From Craspedostauros australis (taxonomy: Eukaryota): 34,679 bases of DNA. The stretch spans positions 1 through 34,679 of the forward strand of contig JALAGF010005229.1 of assembly GCA_030167865.1 (NCBI GenBank), read 5' to 3'. The position numbers were made by a program, and so were the translations under genes. Of this stretch, positions 32,879-34,679 are shown piece after piece (positions within the stretch are counted from its first letter, which is position 1; every line of letters begins with the position of its first letter). The notes under the pieces were generated by a model that ran no database searches, had not been told where the DNA came from, and saw nothing but the letters and a program-made list of their open reading frames with translations.

Positions 32879-34679
32879 TCACTTGACTATCCCGGCGTGA
32901 TCGATAGTCTTGTGGTTGCTCCTGGGAATAGGCTCAGTTCTGGCAGGCGGCTGTCTGCTTGTTCCATTCACTTGCACCCCTTCATTGCGCCCTGATCTCG
33001 TCGTGCCACCTTCATTTGCATCTGCATCTTCACCATCTGCTGCTATCGTCGGGTCCGTCTCAGTTGGTGCCGTTCCCGTCTCAACCTCTTGTTGTGAATT
33101 CTGAGTGCAGGCTCTGTTCCCATCCGCACTTGTATCGGTAATGAACGGTTTGCGATCGCGACTGTCGCTCGATCTTGGCCTGGTCAACGCAGACTGCTGA
33201 TTTCTTTCGAACTCCAGAAAGATGCTGTTCAATGACTGCCTTGAAAAAGTCATCCTCGATGAATCCACTGCGTTGATCGTCCAGTACAGAACTTGAAGTG
33301 GGTTGAGCACTGGGGCATCGGTCTCCAGACCGCCTCTCTCTTCTTCATCGGTCATATGCGATTGGGGATGCGCCGGCACGGAAGAGCTCCCGTTGTTCTG
33401 AGCGTTGGCATTATCTGCATCGGTATTAATGGCGCTGTCCCCATCAATGTCATTGGATTGCGTCCTGACGTGCGTCGACCGTCGCTCCACAACGATTTGT
33501 CTTAACCTCAGCGTTGCTGCTCTCCTCGTCTTTTGATACTTGGGCCAAACGAAGACGCCAAAGTTGAAGAAGCCCTGTGCGGGGTAGAATACAGCTAAGA
33601 GCAATAGGATCGTAAAGATTCCTGGATGCCCAAGACTATCTTGCATATCTGTCGCCCATTCCACGGCTACGAACGCGAATGTCCATCCGAATGTGTTGAC
33701 GTAGACTCTGAGAAGACAATGGATGGCGGCGAGTCGACAGCGACAAGAGCGAGACGGCGGGCGGGTAAAGGAAGGAAGAAAGTGGAACAAACGCAGAAGA
33801 GAGGTTCGGAGGAAGATGACGTGAGCCATTGCACAGTATCCATGTTCTACGCTCAGTACAATACACTCCAGTGCAACGCAGCACGGGACAACAGGAAACT
33901 TACATGCCGTACATGACGCACTGCCGTGCGACCTGTTTCAATCGCTCCTCTTGTTGAGACGGTATCTCAGATTTCCGTCGAGAGCTGCGAGGACGGCTCG
34001 GTGTGTCGTCACCCACGGTCGATGGAGATGACGAGACAACATATCGTTCATTCGCAGAGTAGGTGGAGTAGACTGTCCGGTACAGTCCCACAGTGCTGTA
34101 AATGCCAATGTTGCCAAGGACTGTTAGAATCCCTGCAGCGCCGTAGGCCAAATCACTGAAGTCAACCGCCGCCGGTGTGCATTCCAGAACTGTGGTGACA
34201 GCAGAGGTGCCGTTGATGGCAACATCGAGATCGTCGACCGGCACGATCACTTCTTCGCAGACCTCGGCGTAGGTTCCCATCAGACACAGCCCCGACATGT
34301 AATTGAGCGCGTACTTGTCCTGGATCAGCGCAACGGTGGGAATCACCGTGCTCATACCGATAGCGAACGCATGAACGAAGGGTTCGATCTTCTCGGCGAT
34401 CTGTCGGTTCGTCCATTTGTAACGGATCTGAAGGTAGAAGTTGGTGGCAAGGAATGCGTTGTACACTGACGTGTATACTGAAGCGACGTTGAGAACGAAT
34501 CCGAAGGCAGTGCACGTGGTGTCGTTTCCAATTGCGACGGGGCTGATTGTGCGGTCGGCGGGCACTGCGAATAGATGCATTGCGTTGAACAGGCCGAAGA
34601 CGATGTCCCCTATCGAAAGCATGATGAGGATGCGATGATAGACCAACGATGTGTCGCGTCTGACCATGATGAGGATGAG
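32879..34679 (-). CDS. 7TM GPCR-like protein (diatom-expanded, cAMP-receptor/Git3-like), 5' end outside the window
   Basis: Exons >34679-33904 and 33707-32879 (GTAAGT..CAG, 196-bp intron giving QCVMYGI|VYVNTFGW). Motifs YHRILIMLSIGD, GNDTTCTAFGF, YNAFLA..FYLQIRYKW, IEPFVHA, FYPAQGFFNFGVFVWP; long disordered C-tail. Confidence 0.88.

Noticed and set aside
32760..32885. Acidic, coding-looking frame just past the 7TM stop (SDEQHAIEDIDEFE), suggesting a frameshifted extension
   Set aside because: A TAG lies immediately upstream in that frame and I found no convincing splice path; unsupported without reads.

Overview
Eukaryotic nuclear DNA, most likely from a pennate diatom. The evidence is an ASAFAP-type bipartite plastid presequence, RXL propeptide motifs, PTSAPT stalks, diatom-style LRR, 7TM and ShKT-P4H families, and GT-AG introns of about 170-310 bp. 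From 5' to 3' the window holds: (1) a decayed Ty1/Copia 3' end (RT C-terminus, RNase H, candidate 3' LTR); (2) a Zn-finger/EAAAK-helix/CaaX protein; (3) a plastid atypical SDR with a twin-arginine signal; (4) a Cys-rich type I membrane protein; (5) a 6-exon secreted M11 (gametolysin-type) metalloprotease with a mucin-like stalk; (6) a triple-ShKT prolyl 4-hydroxylase homolog that appears catalytically dead; (7) a gene-poor stretch with a TGACGT cluster; (8) a tandem RVxF-repeat protein; (9) a secreted Cys-ladder repeat protein; (10) an RNI-like LRR protein; (11) tRNA-Ala(UGC); (12) a 5'-truncated 7TM/GPCR-like gene. I built the exon models by hand from splice consensus and frame continuity. 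Family assignments come from motif recognition, not database searches. The best novelty candidates are the Zn-finger/helical-rod/CaaX protein with a possible splice-dependent anchor switch, the pseudo-P4H, and the A-B-B-A surface protein. I cannot show that these genes form one system.
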